This document shows, piece after piece, positions 23,666 through 37,475 of a stretch of DNA of 64,000 nt (its first letter is position 1; the number at the start of each line of letters is the position of its first letter). The notes beneath the pieces were generated by a model that was given only the letters and a program-made list of their open reading frames with translations, made no database searches and was not told the DNA's origin. The translations under genes and the position numbers were made by a program. Location of the stretch: positions 25,854,001 through 25,918,000 of the forward strand of contig OZ024758.1 in NCBI GenBank assembly GCA_964016885.1. The letters are read 5' to 3'. Source of the DNA: Eledone cirrhosa (Eukaryota).

Positions 23666-24346
23666 CAGAGGTTCTCAAACTTTTGAGGCCACCACCCCAC
23701 CTCACAGCCACATAATACCCTCAGCACCCCCCAACCCTATTTCCAGAGACCTGCCAAATTATAAATAATATATAATAAATGAAATCTTTAATTTATATAT
23801 AATAAATAATATTATATATATATCATCATCATTTTACGTCCGCTTTTCCTTGCTTGCAAGGGTGGGATGGGAACTGATTCTGGCTTGATTTCTACAGCTG
23901 GATGCCCTTCCTAACACCAACCTCATTTACAGTGAGTGCTGGGTGCTTTTTTTCCGTGGCGCCTACACGTCCACTTTACAGTGTGAGCTGGGTGCTTTTT
24001 TGCCATGGCACCTCCACGACCACTTTGCAGTGGAATGATATGGACCCCAGTCCCTATCATCTCATTTCTACAGCTGAGTAAACTGGAGCAATGTGAAATA
24101 AAGTGTCTTGCTCAAGGAAACAACACATCACCAAGTCTGAGAATTGAACTCACAACCTTTCGATTGCAAGGCCACTAAACCATGTGCCTCCATAATATAT
24201 ACTATGTATAAATAAATATTATATATCTTTTTTATTTTACTATATTTATATATAATATGTATCATTTGGTATTTAATATACTATTATATCAACTCTACCG
24301 CCCCCCCCCCCCCGGGGGAGTGTAGCACCCACTTTGAGAACCTCTG
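23666..24346. mobile_element. hAT-type MITE with a nested family-A SINE (23823-24192, minus)
   Basis: Perfect TIR CAGAGGTTCTCAAA...TTTGAGAACCTCTG. Confidence 0.75.
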
Positions 24347-24460
24347 ATACACACACACAATAAAACCCCTCTTGAACCCCATCTACTGCACCTCAACATT
24401 CAAATAGTTGCCAAGTGTAAAACATTCACCAATCACTTCAACCCAACAAGATAAATAAGT

Positions 24461-24675
24461 TTAACCATTGAGCATTTAAACCAGCTGTATCCAGCCAGAA
24501 TTCTCTCACCTCTTTCTGTTCAAACTGGCTGTAACCAGCCACTCATACTGATGTTAAGGTAGTGTTCTCAAAATAAATAATATCAAAATTTCATAACTTC
24601 AATATTATGTGAGATAAAGCCTTTACCACAAAAATATAATAGTAAATATAGAGTACTGTAAATGCTAAAGGATTA
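24461..24675 (-). mobile_element. piggyBac-type MITE
   Basis: TTAA-flanked, same family as 1839-2045. Confidence 0.8.
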
Positions 24676-25779
24676 ACAGTATTCCTGCAAGCAACCAAAA
24701 TTATTAACCCTGCCCCTTTTCTAAAAATGGCCAACTACCAGCCTAACACCCACACTTTTAACTTCTCAAAAATTATGGCAACAGTTGCAAACATCTACTT
24801 CTTTTATCATTTTAGATCAGGGGTGGGCAACAGGCAGCCCGCGGGCCACAATCTGGACATACAAGTGAGACCAGTCATAAAACTATGTCAACAGTGGAAC
24901 ATATGAGTGAGATGTGGGAGAGTAATAACTCTGACGTACAAGTGAGACCTGTCATAAAACCATATCAACAGTGGAACATATGAGTGAGATGTGGGAGAGC
25001 AATAATTCTGAAGAACCTGATGACCTGCTTAACTCATATAAATATGGAAAGCAGATGTAAAATAGTGATAATGAAAAAAGCAATGTAACATGCCATACCT
25101 CATTTTTCACAAATGGGTATGATATGGTCCTGTATCTCCTGAGGGAAATGTAGGGACACAAAATTGATATACGGTGTTTCTTTGGCATTTTAAAGCCTGG
25201 CAGGCAGAGTCCATTCCTCTCCAGGTCTGAACACAGCAGATTTCTTCCAGAGAAGAATAGAAAGTGAGAGAAGTGAGAAAGAGATATAGAAGAAGAATCA
25301 GAAGAATCAACCCCAGTATTAGACAAGTATCTTTTTTTTTCATCAACCTTGAAAAGATGAAAGGCAAAGTTGACCTCGGTGGGATTTGAACTCAGAGAGC
25401 AAAGAGCTGAAACAAATACTGCAAAGTATTCTATCCAATGATACTCTGTGAATTCTAGCAATTATATTCATCATCATCATCATCATCATTTCCGTTTAGT
25501 GTCAATTCTTCCATGCTTGCATGGGTTAGATGGGTTGTCCATGCCAGGAGGCAAGTTTGGACAGGGTTGGCCATGTGTTCCACCTTGCTCCAGCAAGGAC
25601 TGTAAATTTTGCCGGATGTTTTACAACTGGATGCCCTTCCTAACATCCAACTACATTTACAGTGTGGGATATATTATATATTATAAACATTATTTAACAC
25701 TAATGTTAATGGAGTTTCTAATTAATAAGGAAGCATCCTTCAAAAAAATCTTACTTTAATTAATTGGAACTTGAGAAAG

Positions 25780-26001
25780 ACTTTCTTTAACGCTTTAACA
25801 TTTACATTACTCTATATTTATTATTATATTTTCACGGTAAAGGCTTTATCTCACATAATTATCTCACATAATATCGAATCTATGAGATTTTGATATATAT
25901 TTTGAGAATACCTTAACATGAGCAGCCGGTTACAGCCAGTTTGAACAGAAAGAGATAGAGAATTCTGGCCAGATATGGCTGGTTTAAAAGTTAAAGGGTT
26001 A
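25780..26001 (+). mobile_element. piggyBac-type MITE
   Basis: Same family, ending AAAGGGTTAA. Confidence 0.8.
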
Positions 26002-26719
26002 ATATCTAAATGCATTTCTGTCAAAATAAGAGGTTGTTGGTTAGTATGGAAATGTAATGAGAACTCAACGAATGCTTGGAGTGAAAAGGTATTCTGATAT
26101 TAAAAAGTATTCAGACAGAAATATGGATATACAACTTGCAAAAATGACAGTATTAATAATCTCATCTACGAAGAATATGTTATTACTACAACAATATTTG
26201 CAACTAAGTCAAAGTTTATAATCCAAAATAAATGTAAGTAAATGTCAACTTGAGTCTAAACAGCTTTTTTAATATTCACAAATCTGGAACCAGATTATTG
26301 AAATACACACAAATATAGTGTATTTTCTGCTTTCAAATAATCTTTACTACTAAGAAAGTACAAGTCCAGAAAAAGTCCTATTATTAGCACTGTTAATGCT
26401 GTTAATGTGTTGAGAGAACGCTACTGCTAATCCTCAAATATACCAATCTTTCATCAAGATTTATTTTTCTTTTATTTATTGCAGATGGTCAGAACAATGT
26501 AGATTTATTGCAGAATGGTCAGAACATTGGACAACATGTTTTGCAGCTTTTAATTACATTCATCATATCATCGTTTAATGTCCATTTTCCTATGCTAGCA
26601 TGGGTTAGACGAGTTGTCCCATTGTGAGACAAGCCAGATCAGTTAACCGTGTCTTGTGCATAGAGGGCTAATTTCGGCTAGGTTTCTATGGCTGGATGTC
26701 CTTCCTAACACCAACCACA

Positions 26720-27020
26720 TTTACAGTGAATACTGGATACTTTTTGTCGTGACACCTACACCACCACTTTACAGTGTGGACTGGATACTTTTTGTTGTGA
26801 CACCTACACCACCACTTTACAGTGTGGACTGGATACTTTTTGTCGTGACACCTACACCACCACTTTACAGTGTGGACTGGATACCTTTTGTCGTGACACC
26901 TACACCACCACTTTACAGTGTGGACTGGATACCTTTTGTTATGGCACCAAAATGACCACTTTACAGTGTGGACTGGGCGCTTTTTGTCATGTCACCTACA
27001 CGACCACATTACAGTGTGGA
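26720..27020. repeat. SINE-derived minisatellite, ~6 x 48 bp
   Basis: TTACAGTGTGGACTGGATAC with period 48, inside a minus-strand RTE-tailed element. Confidence 0.9.
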
Positions 27021-27039
27021 CTAGGGGCTGGGGGACTTA

Positions 27040-27365
27040 TCTGGTGAAATCCTGGGACTTCTTCATCCAGCAATCATCATCCATAAGCATCACTTTTCTC
27101 TTACACACTATGCAGACTTCTCTTTCTTGCACACTACATTTGATTCCTCTTATACCCAGTTTTTCTCCTTCAGTACATCCATACTATGCCATTCATGAAT
27201 GTTAACATGACACATCAATCAAAGCATGCTCACTTCATTCCTCTCCAGCCTCCACATATCCTTGGAATTAACTATCTAGGTTTCACTTCCATGCAACATC
27301 ACACTTTCACATGCAGGCATCATACAGCCAGCCTTTCATTCGTAGAGAGAAGAAACCTTTTGTTA
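27040..27365 (-). pseudogene. Highly degenerate RTE LINE fragment
   Basis: Alignable by eye to the RT C-terminal region at ~43150-43430. Confidence 0.6.
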
Positions 27366-27790
27366 CTGAGTTATAATTCATACATGTGAAGAGCGACTGT
27401 AATTGGCTCTGCTACACTGCTCAAGTGTACTTTCTCATGTAAAGGAGCTGGCAAATCCCATATCTATCATATAAATCTTTAGACTGCTGAGTGGCAGGAC
27501 TAACTAACATACCACTTGGTCTTTAGATACATTTAGAAGAGTGCACTCTGTTGCAAGCATTCAAACTGCCAAACATCCAGTACCCTTCCAGTCCACTTTT
27601 TCTTTTTTTTTTTTGCAGACATAGACTTGCAGATATTCAGGTAAAAAAAAACAACAGTCAATGAAGTATACATATACATATATAGATATAAAACAGAGTG
27701 TTGTAGTCTGCTTGAAGCATTGTTGAATAGGAAACACAAATTTAACTTAAATCTGCCTTCCTAACAAGTCATCTCCAATCGATCCTTTAA

Positions 27791-28843
27791 CCCTTTAGCA
27801 TTTACATTACTCTATATATACTATTATATTTTCATGGTAAAGGCTTTACTTCACATAACATTCACATTACTCTACATATACTATTATATTTTCATGGTAA
27901 AGGCTTTATCTCACATAACATTTACATTACTCTATATATACTATTATATTTTCATGGTAAAGGCTTTATCTCACATAATATCTCACATAACATTTACATT
28001 ACTCTATATATACTATTATATTTTCATGGTAAAGGCTTTATCTCACATAATATCTCACATAACATTTACATTACTCTATATATACTATTATATTTTCATG
28101 GTAAAGGCTTTATCTCACATAATATCTCACATAACATTTACATTACTCTATATATACTATTATATTTTCATGGTAAAGGCTTTATCTCACATAATATCTC
28201 ACATAACATTTACATTACTCTATATATACTATTATATTTTCATGGTAAAGGCTTTACTTCACATAATATCTCACATAACATTCACATTACTCTACATATA
28301 CTATTATATTTTCATGGTAAAGGCTTTACCTCACATAATTATCTCACATAACATTCACATTACTCTACATATACTATTATATTTTCATGGTAAAGGCTTT
28401 ACTTCACATAATATCTCACATAACATTCACATTACTCTATATATACTATTATATTTTCATGGTAAAGGCTTTACCTCACATAATTATCTCACATAACATT
28501 CACATTACTCTACATATACTATTATATTTTCATGGTAAAGGCTTTACCTCACATAATATCTCACATAACATTCACATTACTCTATATATACTATTATATT
28601 TTCATGGTAAAGGCTTTACCTCACATAATATCTCACATAACATTCACATTACTCTATATATACTATTATATTTTCATGGTAAAGGCTTTATCTCACATAA
28701 TTATCTCACATAATATCGAATCTATGAGATTTTGGAAGTATTTATTTTGAGAACAATACCTTAACATCAGTTTGAGCGACCAGTTACAGCCAGTTTCAAC
28801 AGAGAAAGGTTGAGAATTCTGGCCAGTTTTGAACATTAAAGGG
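27791..28843 (+). mobile_element. piggyBac-type MITE expanded by ~13 internal 60-73-bp tandem units
   Basis: TTAA-CCCTTTAGCATTTA...AAAGGG-TTAA, with the array at 27798-28712. Confidence 0.9.
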
Positions 28844-28963
28844 TTAAGTCTCTCACAGGAATATTCCCTTGATAATGGGTTTTTAAACCCGAAAATATTT
28901 GGGATTATTAAATTTGCTAAGGTAAGATTCTATTGTTATCTTAGCAATTTTAATTTTCTAGAG

Positions 28964-29758
28964 CAAAGGTTCTCAACGGGGGCATATGCACCCCCAGGGG
29001 GCGTTTCGGAACTCCAGGGGGGCGTTTGGGAGCAAGGTCGCGTTAGGGGGGCGTTTGGAGCTGGGGGAGGGAGGTTAGGGGGCGCTGGAAGGCTCTTTAT
29101 TTTGGTAAGTTTTATAAGCCATATTTGTATGTCTTTGAGACAGCCAGTGTGAATGCATTTGAATGAGCTTGCAGACAGCATAACTATAGTCTGACCGCAG
29201 CTGTGAGCAGGTGTGCAGGCATGTCCGGTAATTGAGACGTTAACCGGTAATTGAGATCCTAAAAATGGAAAAACCCACAGTCAACTTGGTCAACGACACT
29301 TCTTTGAGCGCAGCCAGTTAGAATCTTATTTTTCCTTCACCGATAACAATGTATTTCATGTCTGAAATTATTGACTCAACCGTAACGAGTTAACACTATG
29401 TAGATCTATTTTATTCCCTATTGTATAAATAATATTACAAATAAAAAAAAAAAAAAAAGAAAAAACAGAAGCGAGTAGCACACACATCTAGGACCACATA
29501 CAACACATAATCAGATAATACACACATCTAGGACCACATACAACACATAATCAGATAATACACACATCTAGGACCACATACAACACATAATCAGATAATA
29601 CACACATCTTTGGAATATTGTTAATCAATTTTTTAGTAATCTACTGATATAAAAATCAGTAGTATATTGAAAAATGGAAAAATAGGGGGGGGGGGGGACG
29701 TTTCGTGATTTCGAGGGACAAAAGGGGGCGTTTGGCCTAAATGGGTTGAGAACCTGTG
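28964..29758. mobile_element. Non-autonomous hAT element
   Basis: TIR CAAAGGTTCTCAAC...GTTGAGAACCTGTG, perfect 8-bp TSD TTCTAGAG (28956-28963, 29759-29766), and an internal 3 x 40-bp repeat. Confidence 0.9.
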
Positions 29759-30006
29759 TTCTAGAGCATTGTATGGCTTTCAAATTATTTAAATTTGTGT
29801 TTCATATATATATATAAATGTGGTTGGTGTTAGGAAGGGCATCCAGCCGTAGAAAACCCGCCAGACAGTCCTGAGTAAGAAAAATCTTGCCTCAAGTGGG
29901 ACAATTCCCATCCAAACCCATGCTAGCGTGGAAGATGGACGTTAAACGATGATGATGATATATATATATATACATTCTATGGGGTCTATGATGATATATA
30001 TATAAT

Positions 30007-30397
30007 GGAGGCACATGGCTTAGTGGTTAGAGCATTGGGCTCGCAATCAAAAGGTTGTGAGTTCAATTCTCAGACTGAGTGATGTGTTGTTTCCTTGAGC
30101 AAGATACTTTATTTCACATTGCTCCAGTTTACTCAGCTGTAGAAATGAGATGATAGGGACTGGGGTCCCTATCATTCCACTGCAAAGTGGTAGTGGATGT
30201 GCCATGGCAAAAAAGCACCCAGCCCACACTGTAAAGTGAACGTGTAGGCACCATGGAAAAAAAAAAGCACCCAGCACTCACTGTAAATGAGGTTGGTGTT
30301 AGGAAGGGCATCCAGCTGTAGAAATCAAGCCAGAATCAGTTCCCGTCCCACCCTTGCAAGCAGGGAAAAGGGGACGTAAAAATGATGATGATGATGA
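30007..30397 (+). mobile_element. Family-A SINE with a 2-unit internal duplication
   Basis: A and B boxes, RTE tail, and a duplicated GGTGCCA..AAAAAGCACCCAG segment. Confidence 0.9.
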
Positions 30398-30749
30398 CTC
30401 AGTATATAAGGATGTGGAATTGTTCAAACAGACAAAAATTCCCTATTGTCCTAAATGATATTAACAAACTCTTTGTAATCTGGCATCTTCTGGTCCACTG
30501 TGGCTAATAAAGTTAAAAAAAAAAAGTTAAAGGGCCTTTAAATCCTGATGGAGTTATAGGGGGTACCTTCTTCATATACAGCATGTCTTAGCCATTTAAA
30601 ACATAGTGAACCTGAGCCCTTTCAAATTCTGAACACAACCGATTCCTTCCAAAGCAAGAAAGAGTGAGAGGAAGAATTAACCCCATTATGGGACTGGTAC
30701 TTTATTCATCAACCTTAGAAGGAGGAAAAGGAGGAATAATGTCAGCCTC

Positions 30750-31162
30750 TAAAAAGTCTGTCTCGAACCCGGAAGCTCATCAGGCAGGTACTGATCCCAG
30801 TTTCCGTGGCAAGAAGCGAGTGAGAGTACAAGACTCTCCCCTGGACAACACACCAGTCCACTACAGGGTTAAACTTCCAGTTATTGCTGGTACTCGTTTT
30901 CAGCTGAGTATACTGGAGCAACGTGAAATGAAGTGTTTTGCTCAAGAACACAACACACAACCCAGCTCAGGAATCAAACCCACAACATTATGATCGTAAG
31001 TCTAACACCCTTACCACTGGAATCAAACCCATGACATGATTGTAAGTCTAACACCCTTACCACTGGAATCAAACCCATGACATGATTGTAAGTCTAACAC
31101 CCTTACCACTGGAATCAAACCCATGACATGATTGTAAGTCTAACACCCTTACCACTAGGCCA
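30750..31162 (-). mobile_element. tRNA-head SINE, family D, with the head repeated four times
   Basis: Homologous to 56650-56937, with a 46-bp A-box-to-B-box unit x4 at 30970-31156. Confidence 0.8.
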
Positions 31163-31933
31163 CCTTGGTGGGATTTAAACTCAGAGCATATTAAGCTGGA
31201 ACAAACACCAAGGCATTTGTATTCCAACGCTCTAATGGCTGCTAATTTCTACTGTGGCTACTATTTGAAATAATTGTTTCAACTTTAGGCACAGGCTAGC
31301 AATTTTAGGGGAGGGGAAAGTTGACTAAAATCGACCCCAGTGCATTACTGGTGCTTTATTTTATCGATCCCGTAAGGTTGAAAGGCAAAGCTAACCTCGG
31401 CAGGATTTGAACTCAGAACGTAAAGGGCCGTAACTAGATGCTACACAGCACGTCTGATGCTCTGATCCCCCACCCTAAGCACCAACTTATTAATGAGAAC
31501 GTTAGTTATCTATATATAAGTTTGAGCGACTTCCGTCCATCACACAATGTGTGTGTGTGTGTGTGCCTAAAAAGGAAGGAAGGGGATGGTGAAAAAACTA
31601 TAGCAACAGCAGCTGGCGTTCCATTTGCTACACTGTGTATATGTGTGTTTGTGTGTATGTTTGTGTGAATGTATGTGTGTTTGTGTGAATGCATGTGTAT
31701 TTGTGTGAATGTGTGTATTTTTGTAAGTGTATCTGTGTTTGCGCGTTTATATACCCATACATGTATGTGCACACACACACACACACACATGCATCAGCAT
31801 GTTGAAAAAAATTCTAGTATTACTAAATCTCATAAAATTTTTGATTATTTTCAAAGTTGAAAATCATAGCTCGCTCGTGTCTTTCATTAAAAATATGGTA
31901 ATGAAAGAGTTAAAAGCATTTTAAAAATCTTAC

Positions 31934-31965
31934 ACTTGTTTCTCTCCACTAGCATGTCAAGTCAG
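31934..31965 (-). other. Candidate 32-nt exon (5'UTR or start)
   Basis: Acceptor TTTTAGTTGTGTTTCAG and donor AGT|GTAAGA. Contains ATG CTA GTG GAG AGA AAC AAG. Confidence 0.3.
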
Positions 31966-32384
31966 CTGAAACACAACTAAAATACAATCCAACCGTATAC
32001 CGTAGAAAGAGATGAACTTTCATAAAGGTTAACTGAATTCAAACTATTGAGAAAATTTGTTAAATCAATTGCAATCACCATTATTATAAAAGAAAAAGGA
32101 AAAAAAAGATAATTTAATTTGGGAAATTCTTCATTATTGCTATTTGCCATTTTTCCATATATTGCACAGAGTTTTTATCAGAAAATAGCAATCCTCTTTG
32201 TACAAATACACAATGTTAAAATAGTATTGCTTCTTCTGAGGTGAGGTGAGCAATGGGGTTTTTTTCTATTATATAAAATTGTTTTTCGAGATATCAAGCC
32301 CCTAGACTAATTGAAAACAAAATAAATGAATAAAAACTATCATAGGAAAATATTAAACTAAACACAGGTGAACTAAATATAAAA

Positions 32385-32712
32385 TAAGGAGTGAAGAAGT
32401 GCCAGGAAATCTGTGGAAGGAAGCTGTAGTAGAGGTAAACCAAGGAAGACCTGGGCAGAAGTGATCTCAAGTCATGAACTAAATAGGTGTGAAGAAGTGC
32501 CAGGAAATCTCAGTTGAAGGAAGCCGTGGTAGAGGTAAACCAAGAAAGACCTGAGCAGAGGTGGTGAGAACTGATCTCATGTCACTGAGATTCCTAGAGG
32601 GGACGACGAGGGGATGCAGCATGTGGAGAGATGCTGTACTGAAAAAGACCCATCCAACCCATGCAAGCATGGAAAAATGAACGTAAAAATGATGATGATG
32701 ATGATGATGATA
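32385..32712 (+). pseudogene. RTE 3' fragment with a local duplication
   Basis: VKKCQEI..EG.RGRGKPRKTW occurs twice, followed by the RTE tail and (GAT)n. Confidence 0.75.
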
Positions 32713-32746
32713 AACATCATCATCATAACTAACAGGACATTAATCC

Positions 32747-33074
32747 TCATCATTTTACGTCCGCTTTTCCCTGCTTGCAAGGGTGGGACGGGAACTGTTT
32801 CTGGCTTGATTTCTACAGCTGGATGCCCTTCCTAACACCAACCTCATTTACAGTGAGTGCTGGGTGCTTTTTTGCCATGGCACCTCCACGTCCACTTTGC
32901 AGTGGAATGATATGGACCCCAGTCCCTATCATCTCATTTCTACAGCTGAGTAAACTGGAGCAATGTGAAATAAAGTGTCTTGCTCAAGGAAACAACACAT
33001 CACCCGGTCTGAGAATTGAACTCACAACCTTTCGATTGCAAGGCCAATGCTCTAACCACTAAGCCATGTGCCTC
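32747..33074 (-). mobile_element. Family-A SINE, full length
   Basis: As the other copies. Confidence 0.9.
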
Positions 33075-33371
33075 TATAATGTTAATAAAAACTGCTGAAA
33101 ATGCCACCAAAACACAAGTCCATGTAACATTCTAAATTAGGCAGGTACTATCATTTTTCTTTATTATTGGTGGCAATACTAATTTAATGAGTTGAATGAG
33201 AAGATAGAGAAGAGAGATGTGTAGTGTCACTTCTATGTGGACATAGGTACATGGTTATATTACAGTCTAAGGTAGTAATTCTAATGGTTGACATATCATA
33301 AGATTATTTTATCATTTCAACACTTTTATTGAAATAAATGTTCTGGCATCAACTGTCTACTTCTGATAGAA

Positions 33372-33405
<34 letters not shown>

Positions 33406-33420
33406 TCTCACTCTCTCTAT

Positions 33421-34017
33421 ATCATCATCATCATAATCATCATTTTACGTCCGCTTTTCCCTGCTTGCAAGGGTGGGACGGGTCTTATTCAGCACAGCAT
33501 CTCTCCACTTGTCACAGTCTTTCGTCATCTCCACCGTGAGCTTCAGCAATCGGAGGTCTGTTCTCACCACCTCCGCCCATGTTTTTCTTGGTCTACCTCT
33601 ACCACGTCTTCCTTCAACTGGCATTTCCTGGCACTTCTTCACCCATCGGTCATCCTCCATGCGCATCACATGTCCATACCACCGCAGTCTCCTCTCTCAC
33701 ACACTACATTCTATCCCTCTCAGACACAGTTTCTCTCTCAACACATCACATGTCCATACCATCTCAGTCTCCTCTCCTCTACACTACATTCTATTCCTCT
33801 CAGACACAGTTTCTCTCTCAACACATCCATGCTGGGTCGTTCACGCACATTGACATTGCACATCCAGTGGAGCATGCTCGCTTCATTTCTCTCCAGCCAT
33901 CGCATATCCTCTGCAGTTGGTGCCCAAGTCTCACTACCATGCAGCATCGCGCTCCTCACACAGGCATCATACAACCGGCCTTTCGTACACAGGGAGAAAC
34001 CCTTCTTCATCAGCAGT
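33421..34017 (-). pseudogene. RTE LINE 3' fragment with two copies of the 80-bp unit
   Basis: KKGFSLCTKGRLYDACVRSAMLHGSETW...RPRKTW...ASREKRT and a (GAT)n tail. Confidence 0.9.
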
Positions 34018-34802
34018 GATTATATATATATTATCATCACTGTTTTACGTCCATTTTTCCACACTAGAATGGGTTAGACGGGTTGTCCTGTTGTGGGCAA
34101 TGCCAGGTTGGGTGACCTTGTCTCGCTGATACAGAACAGATTCTGGCTTGATTTCTACAGTTGGATACCCTCCCTAACACCAACCTCATTTACAGTGAGT
34201 TTACTGGGTGCTTTTTATTGCGACACCTACACGACCATTTTACAGTGGGAGTGGTGGGGGCATACATGTCTATATGCTTCAGCTTCGGCTTGTACCCGTG
34301 GGAAGTCAGGTCTTCTGTATTATTGTGTAATGCCAGAGGTCTTGGTCCTGTGTCATCACCATTGAGAGGTGCAATTGGGCAAGGTCAGCTTTTATCACCT
34401 TACCCCAGGTTTTCTTGGGATCCCCCACTCCAAGGCTTCCATCAACTTTGACCACTCTGCACCTTTTTTCTGCAGCCGTCATCCTTCATACGCATCACAT
34501 GTCCATACCAACATAATCTCCTCTCCTGTACACAGCATTTGATTCCTCTTCTGTACACAACACCCAGGTCTCACCACCATGTAACATATGCACACATCAT
34601 ACAGTCTGCCTTCCATTTTGAGGGAAAAGCATGCAAAAGGCAAACAGAAATAACAATGCAAATGACAATTGTAGACAATTTTGTGGACGAATGGTTAAAG
34701 TTGTGCACTTGAAATCCTTTTGGGTTGCCTCACATACATCAGAATCCAATGAAGGAGTCTACATGGATACTCAATTTGCTAAAAATGACAGCCATATCTT
34801 AC

Positions 34803-34856
34803 CCAAACCATTTATACAATACAGTCTTAAAGAAGGACATGTTGCAGAATGATGTC
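34803..34856 (-). other. Candidate 54-nt exon
   Basis: Acceptor TTCATCTTGTTGTTATCTAG and donor TGG|GTAAGA. Two open frames, including CAACATG...MSFFKTVLYKWF. Confidence 0.35.
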
Positions 34857-34934
34857 CTAGATAACAACAAGATGAATGAAGAATAAAACAAATATATAAC
34901 TGCATACATTTGGACAAGTAATAATACTTAGCTA

Positions 34935-35770
34935 CACACAGACAGAGGGATACACAGACACACACGCACACTGACATACACACACTGACACACACACACA
35001 CCAAGACCAACACAGACACACACACACACCAAGACCAACACAGACACACACACTGACACAGACACACCAACACACACACTGACACAGACACACACACACA
35101 CACACCAACACAGACACACCAAGACCGACACAGACACACAAACACAGACACATCAAGACCAACACACACACACTGACACAGACACACCAACACACACACC
35201 AAGACCAACACTGACACAGAAACACACACACACCAACACAGACACACCAAGACCAACACACACAGACACACCAACACACACACCAAGACCAACACTGACA
35301 GAAACACACACACACCAACACAGACACACACAGATACACCAACACACACACCAAGACCAACACACACAGACACACCAAGACCAACACTGACACAGAAACA
35401 CACACACACCAACACAGACACACCAAGACCAACACACACAGACACACCAAGACCAACACTGACACAGAAACACACACACACCAACACAGACACACCAAGA
35501 CCAACACACACAGACACACCAACACACACACCAAGACCAACACTGACACAGAAACACACACACACCAACACAGACACACCAAGACCAACACACACAAACA
35601 CACACACCAAGACCAACACTGACACAGAAACACACACACACCAACACAGACACACCAAGACCAACACACACAGACACACCAACACACACACCAAGACCAA
35701 CACTGACACACTGACACAGACACACCAACACAGACACACCAAGACCAACACACACACTGACACAGACACA
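34935..35770. repeat. CA-rich complex satellite (CCAAGACCAACAC motif)
   Basis: Direct inspection. Confidence 0.9.
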
Positions 35771-36189
35771 ATGTAGTAGTGAAGTGGACAAAGTATTGAA
35801 ATACAAGTACATACAACACAATTTCAAACCCACTGCAGGTGTTTCATTGTGTTTCAGTCCTATTCATATTTTCTCAGGCTTTCTCAATCTCTACACTGAG
35901 GCACATTAAAATCAATAATAGAAAACAGGCCAGACAAAGGATTGAGGAGACCAGACAATCTCTGTAATGATTGTATCATTATAAAATGCACCCGATGCAT
36001 ATGATAAGGGGGTTAGCATTAGGAAGGGCATCCAACTGTTGAAACCACGCCCAAATTGGAACATATATAAGCAAAACATCACAATTTTCTAGGGCTAGTA
36101 AATCCCACTCCATACCATTGGCTTCATAGCCTAGCCAAAGATATAAGTGCCCTAGTCTGGAAATGTGGTAGTGCACTCAGCCTATACTG

Positions 36190-37475
36190 GAAAGTGGTAG
36201 TGCTGGTGCCATGAGAAAAAAAAAAAACACCCATACCACCCTGTCAAGTGCTGGTGCCATGAGAAAAAACACATCCATACCACCTTGTCAGGAGGTAGTG
36301 CTGGTGCAATGAGAAAAATAAACATCCATACCACCGTCATGAGGTAGTGCTGGTGCAATGAGAAAAATAAACATCCATACCACCTTGTCAGGAGGTAGTG
36401 CTGGTGCAATGAGAAAAATAAACATCCATACCACCTTGTCAGGAGGTAGTGCTGGTGCAATGAGAAAAATAAACATCCATACCACCTTGTCAGGAGGTAG
36501 TGCTGGTGCAATGAGAAAAATAAACATCCATACCACCGTCATGAGGTAGTGCTGGTGCCATGAGAAAAAACACATCCATACCACCTTGTCAGGAGGTAGT
36601 GCTGGTGCAATGAGAAAAATAAACATCCATACCACCGTCATGAGGTAGTGCTGGTGCAATGAGAAAAAACACATCCATACCACCTTGTCAGGAGGTAGTG
36701 CTGGTGCAATGAGAAAAATAAACATCCATACCACCGTCATGAGGTAGTGCTGGTGCAATGAGAAAAAACACATCCATACCACCTTGTCAGGAGGTAGTGC
36801 TGGTGCAATGAGAAAAAAACACATCCATACCACCTTGTCAGGAGGTAGTGCTGGTGCAATGAGAAAAAAACACATCCATACCACCTTGTCAGGAGGTAGT
36901 GCTGGTGCAATGAGAAAAAAACACATCCATACCACCCTGTCAGGAGATAGTGCTGGTGCAATGAGAAAAAAATACATCCATACCACCCTGTCAGGAGGTA
37001 GTGCTGGTGCAATGAGAAAAATAAACATCCATACCACCCTGTCAGGAGATAGTGCTGGTGCAATGAGAAAAAAACACATCCATACCACCTTGTCAGGAGG
37101 TAGTGCTGGTGCAATGAGAAAAATAAACATCCATACCACCTTGTCAGGAGATAGTGCTGGTGCCACGAGAAAAAAACACATCCATACCACCTTGTCAGGA
37201 GGTAGTGCTGGTGCCATGAGAAAAAAACACATCCATACCACCCTGTCAGGAGATAGTGCTGGTGCAATGAGAAAAATAAACATCCATACCACCTTGTCAG
37301 GAGGTAGTGCTGGTGCAATGAGAAAAATAAACATCCATACCACCCTGTCAGGAGATAGTGCTGGTGCCATGAGAAAAAAACACATCCATACCACCTTGTC
37401 AGGAGGTAGTGCTGGTGCCATGAGAAAAAAAAAGCACCCATACCACCCTGTCAAGTGCTGGTGCAATGAGAAAAA
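36190..37475. repeat. SINE-derived minisatellite, ~24 x 49-52 bp
   Basis: Unit GGTAGTGCTGGTGCAATGAGAAAAA..CATCCATACCACCTTGTCAGGA, continuing into TTAGGAAGGGCATCCAGCTGTAG and an RTE-type tail. Confidence 0.95.

Noticed and set aside
25099-25138. 40-nt minus-strand exon candidate (RYRTISYPFVKNE) in phase with its neighbours
   Set aside because: The acceptor lies in the tail of a dispersed repeat (similar at ~6120, ~21378 and ~30545), so it may be chance.
27619-27640. 22-nt plus-strand microexon candidate
   Set aside because: Strong acceptor but only a moderate donor, with no supporting neighbouring plus-strand exons.
30760-30800. CTGATGAG on the minus strand as a hammerhead core
   Set aside because: No GAAA/stem III/stem I arrangement. 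It is part of the family-D SINE tail.
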